From Pyrinomonadaceae bacterium (GTDB lineage: Bacteria > Acidobacteriota > Blastocatellia > Pyrinomonadales > Pyrinomonadaceae): a stretch of DNA of 64,000 nt. The translations under genes and the position numbers were made by a program. This document shows, piece by piece, positions 45,670-54,673 of this stretch. The stretch's first letter is position 1. The number at the start of each line of letters is the position of its first letter. The notes under the pieces were generated by a model. That model was not told where the DNA came from and ran no database searches. It saw only the letters and a program-made list of their open reading frames with translations. Location of the stretch: positions 1 to 64,000 of the forward strand of contig JBKBYA010000014.1 in NCBI GenBank assembly GCA_046313635.1. Direction: 5' to 3'.

Positions 45670-46499
45670 GCAAATCTACCACGAAGGCCCCTCTTCGCAA
45701 GGCGAAGTGCGAGCCTCTTTTCAATTCGGACTTCGAGCTGAGGTATCCCCGGATCCTGTTGTTCGACATCGAGACCGCTCCCAACCTCTCCTACATCTGG
45801 GGCCATTACGACCAGAACGCTCTCAAGCATGTGATGGAGCGTTACATCCTGTCGGTCGCGTACAAGTGGCTCGGCGAGGATGAGGTGCGTGTCATGTCGA
45901 TCCGCGATTATAAGGGCTACAAGCCGTTACGGGACTGTGACCGCGGCCTCGTTAAAGACCTTTGGAAGCTCTTTGACGAGGCCGACATCATCGTCGGTCA
46001 CAACCTGGACTCGTTCGACATCAAGATGGCGAACTCGCGGTTTTTGAAGTACGGATTCGACCCGCCGTCGTTTTACCGCACGATCGATACGAAGGTGCAG
46101 GCCAAACGCTACTTTCGACAGAACTCGAACAAGCTCGACGATCTAGGCAACTTCCTCGGCGTCGGCCGGAAGATGAAGCACCAGGGATTTGACATGTGGG
46201 TCGACTGCATGTCCGGCGTGCCCGAGGCGTGGGACGAGATGCTCGCGTACAACAAGCAGGACGTACTGCTGCTCGAACGCGTGTATCTCAAGATGCGTGC
46301 GTGGATGACCCAACACCCGAACCTCAACGTGCTCATGAACCGCGATCTAGGCTGTTCGAAGTGCGGCTCGCTCAACGTCGTATTTCGCGGGGACGTGGTG
46401 TGGACCAACATGTCTCGGGCGAAGCGTTACTACTGCAAAGACTGCCGTGGGTACAGCCAGTCGCAGTACAAAAAGGTCTCGTCGATGCGTGCGTCGTAA
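45666..46499 (+). CDS. RNase H-like (DEDDy) 3'-5' exonuclease with C-terminal zinc ribbon
   Basis: ILLFDIET, GHN.D.FD, YNKQDV, CSKCGS...CKDC. Confidence 0.9.
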   Translation: MSKSTTKAPLRKAKCEPLFNSDFELRYPRILLFDIETAPNLSYIWGHYDQNALKHVMERYILSVAYKWLGEDEVRVMSIRDYKGYKPLRDCDRGLVKDLWKLFDEADIIVGHNLDSFDIKMANSRFLKYGFDPPSFYRTIDTKVQAKRYFRQNSNKLDDLGNFLGVGRKMKHQGFDMWVDCMSGVPEAWDEMLAYNKQDVLLLERVYLKMRAWMTQHPNLNVLMNRDLGCSKCGSLNVVFRGDVVWTNMSRAKRYYCKDCRGYSQSQYKKVSSMRAS

Positions 46500-46604
46500 T
46501 ATGACACTTGACAAAGAGATTGAGGATAGGTTATTTTCTTCCCTGCTCGTCCTTCACGGTCTGAGCTGACCTGCTGAACAACCTGCACATTCTGGAGAGA
46601 AAGT

Positions 46605-47273
46605 ATGAGAACAGTGATCGGTCTCACCGGTTATGCCGGGAGCGGTAAGGACGAGGCGGCCCGGGCCCTGATCGGGTCCCGCGGATTTGTCAAGGTCGGG
46701 TTTGCCGACCCGCTGCGGGAGGCGATGAGTCGGCTCAACCCGATCGTCGGGCGACGCGTGGTGTCAGGGACGTTCTTCCCGCCGCACGATCTCGATGTGC
46801 GGTACCGCGAGGCCGTCCACAAATACGGCTACGACGAGGCGAAGAAGCGTTTCCCGGAGATGCGTGAGCTGCTACAGAGATTCGGCACCGAGGTCGGCCG
46901 CGAGATGTTCGGCCCGACCTTCTGGACCGATCAGGCAAAGCGGCAGATCGACCTCCTGCCGGAGCTCTGCCCGGTGGTGATCACGGACGTCCGCTTCCAG
47001 AACGAGGTCGACGTCATCCGCGATTATCACGGTCTGATGATCAGGATCGAGCGGCCCGGCGTGACGGCGGTCAACTCGCACGCCTCTGACACGAACACGG
47101 CAAAGCTGCCGGTCGATGTCGTGATCTCGAACGACGGCACGATCGCCGATCTGCACGCCCGCGTGCTGCGGGCCTTTGAGGTCCGGTTCGTCTCGCCGCT
47201 GACGCGGGATCGCGAGTACTGCGACGGGTACGAGCAGCCGGGTCTCTTTGAGGAGGTGGCGGTCGATGCCTAG
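46605..47273 (+). CDS. Deoxynucleoside monophosphate kinase
   Basis: IGLTGYAGSGKD, FADPL, RELLQ.FGTE.GR, VITDVRF.NE, H.S motifs. Confidence 0.92.
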   Translation: MRTVIGLTGYAGSGKDEAARALIGSRGFVKVGFADPLREAMSRLNPIVGRRVVSGTFFPPHDLDVRYREAVHKYGYDEAKKRFPEMRELLQRFGTEVGREMFGPTFWTDQAKRQIDLLPELCPVVITDVRFQNEVDVIRDYHGLMIRIERPGVTAVNSHASDTNTAKLPVDVVISNDGTIADLHARVLRAFEVRFVSPLTRDREYCDGYEQPGLFEEVAVDA

Positions 47274-47805
47274 GCTCGTATTCGACGTCGACGGCGTGAT
47301 CGCCAATTTTGTCGATGGGATGTTGTCGCTGGCCGACGAGATGGGCGGCTACGAGGACCAGCCGTGCTGCTGGAAGCACATCGACAAGTGGGACTTTTTC
47401 CCGGCGTCGATGTGGCAGATCGCGAAGACGGACGCACAGTTCTGGCTCGGGCTCCGACGGATGCCGGGCGTACGGCTGAAGATGATCGTGAACGGGATCT
47501 TTCCGGACATGTACCTCACGTCGCGGCCCGTCGGGAGCGAGGTGACCCGGCACTGGCTCGCCGAGAACCTCTTCCCGGTGGCGAGGGTCGTGACGGTCGC
47601 ACGGCCGGAGGACAAGCTGGAGTTTTTAGAACAAGGGGACATTCTGGTCGACGACCTGCCGTCGACCTGCAGGTCGGCTGCCGAAAAGGGTGTGACGGCA
47701 CTCTTGATGGACGCCCCGTTTCACCGCGGCGTGCCGCAGGCGGAGATAGAGGGTCTGACAAGGATCACCTGCGTCTCCGAGGTCGCCAAGTACATTTACC
47801 AATAG
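47266..47805 (+). CDS. HAD-family 5'(3')-deoxyribonucleotidase-like phosphatase
   Basis: FDVDGVIANF, LTSRP, K, LVDD motifs. Confidence 0.85.
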   Translation: MPRLVFDVDGVIANFVDGMLSLADEMGGYEDQPCCWKHIDKWDFFPASMWQIAKTDAQFWLGLRRMPGVRLKMIVNGIFPDMYLTSRPVGSEVTRHWLAENLFPVARVVTVARPEDKLEFLEQGDILVDDLPSTCRSAAEKGVTALLMDAPFHRGVPQAEIEGLTRITCVSEVAKYIYQ

Positions 47806-47819
47806 GAGACATTCAGAGA

Positions 47820-48068
47820 ATGAGACAGATCGTGAACAAGATCCGCAGACCGACGCTCGGCAGCGTTCTCTCGGGATTCAAGCGTACCATCGCCGACCTC
47901 GAGGCCGTGGAGGCCGAGAGCCTCCGGCTCTCGGACCGCAACTCTCGCCGCATCTCGGACCACTATGCGTCGATAAACGAGCTTTCCGACCGCAACGCGG
48001 AGCTCCGCAAAGAGGCGGCGTCCGCCCGGTCGATCGCCCAGAAGATATCGGAACTGATCTCGGCTTAA
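47820..48068 (+). CDS. Small coiled-coil hypothetical protein
   Basis: GGAG upstream; start re-called. Confidence 0.6.
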   Translation: MRQIVNKIRRPTLGSVLSGFKRTIADLEAVEAESLRLSDRNSRRISDHYASINELSDRNAELRKEAASARSIAQKISELISA

Positions 48069-48082
48069 GGAGACGACGTCGT

Positions 48083-48412
48083 ATGAAGATAGAACGGCCG
48101 GAAGGGCCTTTTGACGGCAGCATGCACTTCGGCAATTCGATTCGATTGATCGACAGCCGGGAGATGGACGAGACGAAGATCGGCGGAAAGACGTTCAAGA
48201 ATATCGGCCACGAGATCTATCGCCGGTACTTTTACCGTGACGCGAACGGCGAGCAGTACCATGTCGAGGTGAAATTCCCGCAGTGGCTGCGGGTGACCGC
48301 GACCGGCTCGCACCGGGTCGTCGACAAGGACGGGGCGGCTTATTACATCCCGCCCGGATTTACCCACATCAAGTGGAAGAGCAAAGAAGGGACCGAACCG
48401 GTCCGCTTCTAG
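48083..48412 (+). CDS. Conserved phage hypothetical protein
   Basis: E.YR.Y.......P..L.V...GSHRV.D..G...YIP.G...I.W......F pattern. Confidence 0.7.
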   Translation: MKIERPEGPFDGSMHFGNSIRLIDSREMDETKIGGKTFKNIGHEIYRRYFYRDANGEQYHVEVKFPQWLRVTATGSHRVVDKDGAAYYIPPGFTHIKWKSKEGTEPVRF

Positions 48413-48436
48413 TAAAACGAGGAGACGAAAGAAGAT

Positions 48437-48961
48437 ATGAGTTTTAACAAGATCACCATTGTCGGAAATCTGGGCCGCGACCCGGAACTGCGTTACACGC
48501 CGCATGGCACCGCGGTCTGTAACCTCAACGTCGCGACGACCGAAAAGAAACGCGGCAAGTCGGGCGAGTACGAGCAGGTCACGACCTGGTTTCGCGTCAC
48601 GCTCTGGGGCAATCAGGCGGAGAACGCCTCGAGATATCTCGAGAAGGGCTCGCCCGTTTACGTTCACGGGTCGCTCACCATGGAAGAGTGGACCGACCGC
48701 GAGGGCAACAACCGCGTGACGCTCAACGTCAATGCGATCGACATGCAGTTCATCGGCGGGAACGGACGCGGCCGGCAGGAAGAGGAGTACGACGGCGACG
48801 TCGAGAGCGGATCGGACGAGGGCGTGGACGACGACGCCGACGCCGACGACGAGTCCCCGGCACCGCCGAAGGCAAGGGCCGCAAAGGCCGCGGCGGGCAA
48901 GGCGAAGCCGCCGGAGAAGAAGCCGGCCGGCAAGAAGAAGCAGGACGACATCCCGTTCTAG
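48437..48961 (+). CDS. ssb: Single-stranded DNA-binding protein
   Basis: NK..IVGNLGRDPELRYT, acidic tail ending DDIPF. Confidence 0.97.
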   Translation: MSFNKITIVGNLGRDPELRYTPHGTAVCNLNVATTEKKRGKSGEYEQVTTWFRVTLWGNQAENASRYLEKGSPVYVHGSLTMEEWTDREGNNRVTLNVNAIDMQFIGGNGRGRQEEEYDGDVESGSDEGVDDDADADDESPAPPKARAAKAAAGKAKPPEKKPAGKKKQDDIPF

Positions 48962-49004
48962 TGTTTGACAAGTTTGAGACGCAACGGACAACAAAGCCCA
49001 TCAT

Positions 49005-49152
49005 CGCGGCGGACGGTGGGTAGCGAGTGGTTGACCAGTCTCAACCGGAAGGGGCATCGAGGGCACGGACGCGAGGTGTTGCACGGTGTAAGGCCGATCT
49101 CAAGAGCGATAGCGTCCCCGCCGCGGCGTGAGCGACCTTGACCCCTTCCACA
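49005..49152 (+). ncRNA. Candidate structured RNA
   Basis: Intergenic; nested stems GGAAGGGG/CCCCTTCC, TCGAGG/CCTTGA, GGACGC/GCGTCC; TTGACA at 48965. Confidence 0.4.
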
Positions 49153-49161
49153 CTGCAGCCT

Positions 49162-49311
49162 ATGACGAAGGAAAGACGAGATGAGATCCGGCGAATGCGT
49201 AAAAAAGCCGCGTTTACACTTTGGATGAACGGTTACTCCTACACCGAGATCAGCTCGTTCTTCAACGTCCACCCGACCACCGTCGGGCGGTGGTTGCGGG
49301 ACTATTGGTAG
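49162..49311 (+). CDS. 49-aa helix-turn-helix protein
   Basis: Manual translation MTKERRDEIRRMRKKAAFTLWMNGYSYTEISSFFNVHPTTVGRWLRDYW; below ORF-track cutoff. Confidence 0.75.
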   Translation: MTKERRDEIRRMRKKAAFTLWMNGYSYTEISSFFNVHPTTVGRWLRDYW

Positions 49312-49354
49312 TACAGGACCGATCGTGTCCAGGTTTCTGTTGTCCCATCCTCCG

Positions 49355-49597
49355 ATGAACATCCGCGTCGTGCTTCATAAACATTCCCCGATCGACGGTG
49401 AGCTCTGGGCACTACTGGCGGCGTTCAGATATGACGGCCGCTACTTCGTGACGAGTTGGGACCCGCGTAATGCGAGTCCGGTCGCCGAAGAGCTCTCCGA
49501 CGAGGCGTCGGCGAGGTCGATCCTCGACGATACGATCCGCTCCTGCTGCGACCGCGGCTGGACGGTGTCCTACTACGGACGTCTGAACGCGACCTGA
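49355..49597 (+). CDS. Hypothetical protein
   Basis: Operon context; start re-called. Confidence 0.5.
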   Translation: MNIRVVLHKHSPIDGELWALLAAFRYDGRYFVTSWDPRNASPVAEELSDEASARSILDDTIRSCCDRGWTVSYYGRLNAT

Positions 49598-49609
49598 TAA
49601 ACACACCTT

Positions 49610-50062
49610 ATGGCAAAGACCGACATCTCCGAAGAAACCAGACCGAAGCCGCTTAAAGAGATCATCGAAAACCTCAGCAGGGAGATCCCGAAGCGGCTGC
49701 TCAAGACCAAGCCGGCAGGCGGCGGCGGCAACCAGAAGTTGACCTTCATCGAGTGGCATACGGCCGTGAAGTTCCTCGACCTGTACGCCCCCGGCTGGTG
49801 CTACGACGTATCGGTCGCCGGTATCCTCCCGGCCCCCGAACGCCTGCCGAACGACAAAAAATCTCATCGCGGCAAGGTGATCATCAAAGCGACGATCTCG
49901 ATCCCGACGGCCGACCACGGTGTGGTCTCGCGTTCGTCGCTCGGCATCGAGGACGACGTCGTCACCGGATACGGAGACCCGTCGTCCAACGCCGAGTCGA
50001 TGGCACTGCGGCGTGCGGCGTCGAAATTCGGGCTGGGACTGTACCTCTACGAGAAGGGCTAG
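49610..50062 (+). CDS. Rad52/Rad22-family single-strand annealing protein
   Basis: LTFIEWH.....LD..APGW, YGDP.SNAESMALRRAASKFGLGLYLY. Confidence 0.9.
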   Translation: MAKTDISEETRPKPLKEIIENLSREIPKRLLKTKPAGGGGNQKLTFIEWHTAVKFLDLYAPGWCYDVSVAGILPAPERLPNDKKSHRGKVIIKATISIPTADHGVVSRSSLGIEDDVVTGYGDPSSNAESMALRRAASKFGLGLYLYEKG

Positions 50063-50177
50063 GCCAATCGCTTCTGTCTGTCACTTGTGATATACTTAAT
50101 AGTGTGGTCCCTGCCCTCACCGCGGGGCCGCACCTCCCGCTTTCAGACCCCTTCGGACAGACCAGATCCCCTAAAAC

Positions 50178-50597
50178 ATGGCCACTTTCAATAAATTCCA
50201 GCCCTTTATCGAAGACGTATTCGAGGGCGTACACAACTTCGGGTCGCACCAGTTGGTTGTCGCGCTGTGCTCGGCAGCCAACGCTCCGGCCGCGACCAAC
50301 CGCGTGCTCGCCGATCTGACCCAGATCGCGTACACCAACCTCTCGAGCCGCAACATCACGTCGGGCACGAGCTCGCAGACCTCGGGAACGTACAAGCTGT
50401 TTTTGACCGACCTCGTGCTCACGGCATCGGGTGCGGTCGCCTCGTTCCAGTATGTAGTGATCTACAACGACACCCCGACCTCGCCCGCCGACCCGCTGGT
50501 CGGCTACTACGACCACGGCTCGGTCGTGACGCTCGCGTCCGGCGAAACGTATACGATCGACTTTGACGGCACAAACGGCTTTATCCAGGCCAGCTAA
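50178..50597 (+). CDS. Small virion fibre subunit-like protein
   Basis: MATFNKF..F.E.....VHN.GS..L.VAL...F.YVV.YNDT.....DPL.GYYD.G...TL..GET.TIDF structural-protein pattern. Confidence 0.75.
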   Translation: MATFNKFQPFIEDVFEGVHNFGSHQLVVALCSAANAPAATNRVLADLTQIAYTNLSSRNITSGTSSQTSGTYKLFLTDLVLTASGAVASFQYVVIYNDTPTSPADPLVGYYDHGSVVTLASGETYTIDFDGTNGFIQAS

Positions 50598-50613
50598 AGG
50601 AGAGAGACATCAA

Positions 50614-51024
50614 ATGACAGAAGAGCAATATCAGGACAAGGTGCGGTTTGCCGACAACATCCGAACCCAACTCAACGAAAAGAACGGCCGAGACATGTGT
50701 CCCGGCGCCGAGCCGTGCCCGCGGTGCGAGATCCTGCCTGTCGGCATGGTCAAGACCCCTTCGTACATCAAAGATGGTGTAGAGCTTCCGACGCTTTACG
50801 AGGTCGGCTGTGTGGTCTGCCCGCCCTATCTCATAGAGGCCGAGGGCGGTGTCGAGGTCAAGCTCGACGGCAAGGCGGCGACGGTCAAACGCCGGAGCTT
50901 CTCGGCCCGTGCCTACGGGTCGCCCGAGGCGGCCGTCGAGAAGTGGAACGCCGGCGACTTTGTCGAGGACACACACATCGACCGAAACATGCCGAAATCG
51001 GAGCTTGCCCGCATCGGCAAGTAG
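50614..51024 (+). CDS. Zinc-ribbon protein resembling Lar restriction-alleviation family
   Basis: EPCPRC...EVGCVVC...EAAVEKWN. Confidence 0.5.
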   Translation: MTEEQYQDKVRFADNIRTQLNEKNGRDMCPGAEPCPRCEILPVGMVKTPSYIKDGVELPTLYEVGCVVCPPYLIEAEGGVEVKLDGKAATVKRRSFSARAYGSPEAAVEKWNAGDFVEDTHIDRNMPKSELARIGK

Positions 51025-51049
51025 TCTTTGACTTTCAAGCAGCAGTAAG

Positions 51050-51084
51050 GCCCGTCCGTCCGGATAGATGACGGGCGGGCTTTT
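51050..51084 (+). terminator. Intrinsic terminator/attenuator
   Basis: GCCCGTCCGTC-N9-GACGGGCGGGC then TTTT. Confidence 0.75.
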
Positions 51085-51090
51085 CGTTCT

Positions 51091-54000
51091 ATGCCGATAA
51101 CCTACTTCGGATCAGCCTCAACACCCGCCGACTCGTCGACGGCCACGAACGGAGCATCCCCGACCGCCGTCACGCCGCCAGCGTCTATGGTCGCCGGCGA
51201 TCTCGTTGTGATGATCGGCCAGATGCGGTCGAACACTGCCGGCATCGCGCTGTCGGCCACGGGCGGCCAGACGTGGAACACGTCTCAGGTCCAGCAAAAT
51301 CCGACCAACACGATCGGTTATCGAGTCTTTTGGTGTCGTTTCAACGGCACTTGGTCGGCTAATCCGTCAATCAGTTTTCCCTTTACAACATGCACCTCGG
51401 TTCAGATGCACGTCTTTCGTCCCAGCGCGAGCACAAACCTGTGGGTTCTTGAGTCTATCGCGTACAGCACTACGTTAGGAGCGACCGGCTACGGCTTTGG
51501 TCCCAGCGCGACCGTCGACAGCTTTGGCCGGTCGGCTGTTCTGATCGGCGGTGCGCACACTCCCGATGACAACACTCACACTTTGACCGCCGGCACTACG
51601 GGCTTCTCCGTGCTCGGTAGTGCTCAGTATCGCAACACGTCCGGCACCGATCAGTCTGCCGCTTATTGCTACAAGATACTCTCTGCACCGGCTGACAATC
51701 AGCAAGTGCCGAACGACAATCAGGCGACGCTTGGCCCTGATGACGCCGGAACGTGGATGGCGATCTTTCGTGAGATCGACGAGCTTCCGACGATCACGCC
51801 AAATACGGCAAACGCAACTTCTTTTAGCACGACGACGCCGACACTCGAAGCGACAGCTAACGATCCCGGTGGCCTTGACCTTCGTTATCAGTTCCAGCTT
51901 TTTACGTCGACTGCGGAGTTAAAGAATAATAGTTACGAACCGGCGACCTTCGCGACAAGCGTCGGCGTCAGCGATTTGACTACCGTCGGACAAACGTTCA
52001 CATCGCTAGGCGGGACCTTACACCGAATCGAGATCGCAATGGGCCGGATCGGCAACGGTTACGGGAAAGTACGATGTGCGTTGTACGCGACGAGCGGAGG
52101 ACTTCCAACGGGATCGCCGCTGGCCGTGTCTCAAGAGGTCGACGTTGCGTCGCTTGGAGCCTTGTCTGCTACGTCCTTCGTATCGTTTGAGTTCGACGGG
52201 ACGTACTCGACGACGAACGGCGTAACTTACGCGTGGGGATTACTGCCGGGCATTACGCAGCACTACAACAATCTTAATGTCGGGGCTCAGAACGATTCTG
52301 ACACGCCCTTCACAGGCGACCGGTTAAGTGGCACGATGAATCCGTCCGCCTCACCGCCGTATGGCGTTGCGGCAGGATGGTCAATCAATACCGGCTCGAA
52401 CATTCTTTTCAAGTTCTACACGCGCGGGACGTTGATGACCCGAACGAGCGGCACTCACGCCGGTTTTGCGAATACAGTCAACGGTGCCGACACCGATCCG
52501 TTCACTAACAATCAGAAGGTCTCGTTCACGGTACAAGCGCCAGACGCGCTCACATCCGGTCAAACGTACTATTGGCGAGCGCGAGCGGTGGACCCGAACG
52601 GCTCTGGCGAGTACGGAGCGTGGTCTACTTTGCGGTCCTTCACTATCACTGGGGGAGCGTACACACTTACTGCAGACGCCGGCTCTTTTTCCACCGCCGG
52701 CGGCGACGCCAATCTGCTCCGCGGGCTCAGAGCGACCGCCGACCTTGGGACTTTCACGTACACAGGTCAAGACGCCAACTTGAGCCGTGGGTTTAAGGTC
52801 GTCGCCGACGCCGGCACGTTCTCGTACTCTTCCAACGACTCGAACCTTTTGTGGAACAGGGTGATCACAGCCGCCGGAGGGTCGTTCCTCTTCTCCGGCA
52901 TCGACGCTGATCTTCTGCGAGGCCTGAAGATCACGGCCGATCAGGGCGCCTTTTCCTACTCGGGTCTCGACGCCGTTTTGTCGCGTCAGGTAACGCTTGC
53001 GGCAGGGCAGGGCGGGTTCTCTCTTACCGGACAGGCCGCAAACCTGTTGATCGGCTATCTTCTGTCGGCCGCCGGCGGATCGCTGTCGTACTCGGGGGTC
53101 GACGCGGCACTACGAAAAGGGTTCAACCTCACGGCCGACGCCGGGAGCTTTACCCTGACCGGTCAGGACGCGGCGCTTCTCGCCGGGCGTCTGCTCGCCG
53201 CCGCGGCCGGATCGTTCTCCTACTCGGGACAGAACGCCGCGACGCGAAGAGACGTCTTTCTGCAGGCTCTCGCAGGGACCTTCTCCCACAGCGGACAGGA
53301 TGCCGTGCTTCGGCGCGACGTATCCATCACCGCCGGTCCCGGATCGTTCGCGCTGACCGGCCAGAACGCAACGCTCCGCCGTGATGTGTCGCTGACGGCC
53401 GATGTCGGTGTGTTCGGCTACGCCGGCAACGCGGCATCACTGTTCCGATCGGTCTCTATCGCGGCCGATGCGGGGAGCTTTACAGTGTCGGGCCAAGACG
53501 CCGGACTGCGGTGGGGTCGTATGTTGGCGGCCGACGCCGGTGTCTACGGCTTCACCGGAGCTGACGCCAACCTGCTTCGCGGGCTGAAGATCGTAGCCGA
53601 GGCTGGGCTCTACTCACTGGTCGGCCAGGACGCGAATCTCGTCTACTCGCCGGTAAACAACCACACACTGGCCGCGGGCCCCGGGAGCTTCTCCTACACG
53701 GGCGGGGACGCAGGATTGCTGCGCGGTCTGAAGCTGACCGCCCAGCACGGCGCGTTCAGCCTGTCCCCGCAGGACGCTTCGCTTCTCCGCGGTCTTGTTG
53801 TCCAGTCCGGGGCCGGTGCATTCTCGACCGAAGGACAAGACGCCGCACTCCTGCACGGAAGGGTGCTGGCGGCCTCTCCCGGAACATTCTCCTACGACGG
53901 AACGGACGGTGGTCTTTACCGCGGCATTCGCCTGGTGGCCGACGGAGGGGCCTTTGCCTACGACGGCGGTGCGGCCTCTCTCTTCCACGCTTACGTCCTC

Positions 54001-54312
54001 AATCTTGAGACGGGAGAGTTCACCTACTCCGGGTCCGCTGCGGTGCTGACCTACGGCCAGCGGGTCGTGATCCACCTCTGCGAGCCTCTCGTCTCGACAT
54101 TTGTCGGCGACGGCGTCCTGACGAACGTTACGGGTACCGGAGAACTCGTCAACATATTTAACGCGTCGGAGCTGACGACAACTGCCAACGACGACGGAAC
54201 CCTTACCCTCGCCATGACGCTCACCGGAGAGCTGACCGACGTCCTTAACGACTCTGACCTGATCATCAACCTGCTCGACGACGGAAGCCTGTCGACCGAG
54301 AACCTCTGCTAA
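51091..54312 (+). CDS. Large fibre/adhesin protein: beta-rich N-domains, split FN3-like domain, 21 x 22-aa repeats
   Basis: TYYWRARAVD...YGAWS..RSF (FN3-like); repeat L.A.AGSF..TGQDA.L..G at 52660-54057. Confidence 0.85.
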   Translation: MPITYFGSASTPADSSTATNGASPTAVTPPASMVAGDLVVMIGQMRSNTAGIALSATGGQTWNTSQVQQNPTNTIGYRVFWCRFNGTWSANPSISFPFTTCTSVQMHVFRPSASTNLWVLESIAYSTTLGATGYGFGPSATVDSFGRSAVLIGGAHTPDDNTHTLTAGTTGFSVLGSAQYRNTSGTDQSAAYCYKILSAPADNQQVPNDNQATLGPDDAGTWMAIFREIDELPTITPNTANATSFSTTTPTLEATANDPGGLDLRYQFQLFTSTAELKNNSYEPATFATSVGVSDLTTVGQTFTSLGGTLHRIEIAMGRIGNGYGKVRCALYATSGGLPTGSPLAVSQEVDVASLGALSATSFVSFEFDGTYSTTNGVTYAWGLLPGITQHYNNLNVGAQNDSDTPFTGDRLSGTMNPSASPPYGVAAGWSINTGSNILFKFYTRGTLMTRTSGTHAGFANTVNGADTDPFTNNQKVSFTVQAPDALTSGQTYYWRARAVDPNGSGEYGAWSTLRSFTITGGAYTLTADAGSFSTAGGDANLLRGLRATADLGTFTYTGQDANLSRGFKVVADAGTFSYSSNDSNLLWNRVITAAGGSFLFSGIDADLLRGLKITADQGAFSYSGLDAVLSRQVTLAAGQGGFSLTGQAANLLIGYLLSAAGGSLSYSGVDAALRKGFNLTADAGSFTLTGQDAALLAGRLLAAAAGSFSYSGQNAATRRDVFLQALAGTFSHSGQDAVLRRDVSITAGPGSFALTGQNATLRRDVSLTADVGVFGYAGNAASLFRSVSIAADAGSFTVSGQDAGLRWGRMLAADAGVYGFTGADANLLRGLKIVAEAGLYSLVGQDANLVYSPVNNHTLAAGPGSFSYTGGDAGLLRGLKLTAQHGAFSLSPQDASLLRGLVVQSGAGAFSTEGQDAALLHGRVLAASPGTFSYDGTDGGLYRGIRLVADGGAFAYDGGAASLFHAYVLNLETGEFTYSGSAAVLTYGQRVVIHLCEPLVSTFVGDGVLTNVTGTGELVNIFNASELTTTANDDGTLTLAMTLTGELTDVLNDSDLIINLLDDGSLSTENLC

Positions 54313-54316
54313 AGAC

Positions 54317-54664
54317 ATGCCAAATACTTTTTACCTGAAGAAGGGCGACACATCGCCTGCGATCGAAACCATCCTCTCGGACGCCAACGGGCCGGTAGAC
54401 CTGACCGGAGCGACCGTGGTCCTCAGAATGAGTCCGGACGGCGGAGGCAATCCGATGTTGGTCGCGACCGCGACCGTGGTCACTCCGCAGACCGGCGAAG
54501 ACCTCGGCAAGGTCACATACGACTGGCAGGAAGGCGATACCGATTTTGTCGGCACACACAAGGCCGAGTGGCGCGTTACTTTTGCGAACGGCAAAAAGGC
54601 GACGTGGCCGCGCGGCTCGGCAGACACATTTGACCTGATAGTGATCCAGGACGAGGTCACGTAA
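54317..54664 (+). CDS. BppU-N-like virion attachment protein
   Basis: K.GDT.P.....L....GPVDLTGATV...G.V.Y.W...DT...G...AEW.VTF..G...T.P. Confidence 0.75.
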   Translation: MPNTFYLKKGDTSPAIETILSDANGPVDLTGATVVLRMSPDGGGNPMLVATATVVTPQTGEDLGKVTYDWQEGDTDFVGTHKAEWRVTFANGKKATWPRGSADTFDLIVIQDEVT

Positions 54665-54673
54665 AACCCAACT

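Noticed and set aside
49005..49152. tRNA or tmRNA
   Set aside because: No T-loop GTTCRA or cloverleaf, and too short for tmRNA; kept only as an unknown structured RNA
52660..54057. 66-bp periodic array as a non-coding repeat
   Set aside because: Conservation is at the protein level with divergent codons, so it is a protein repeat
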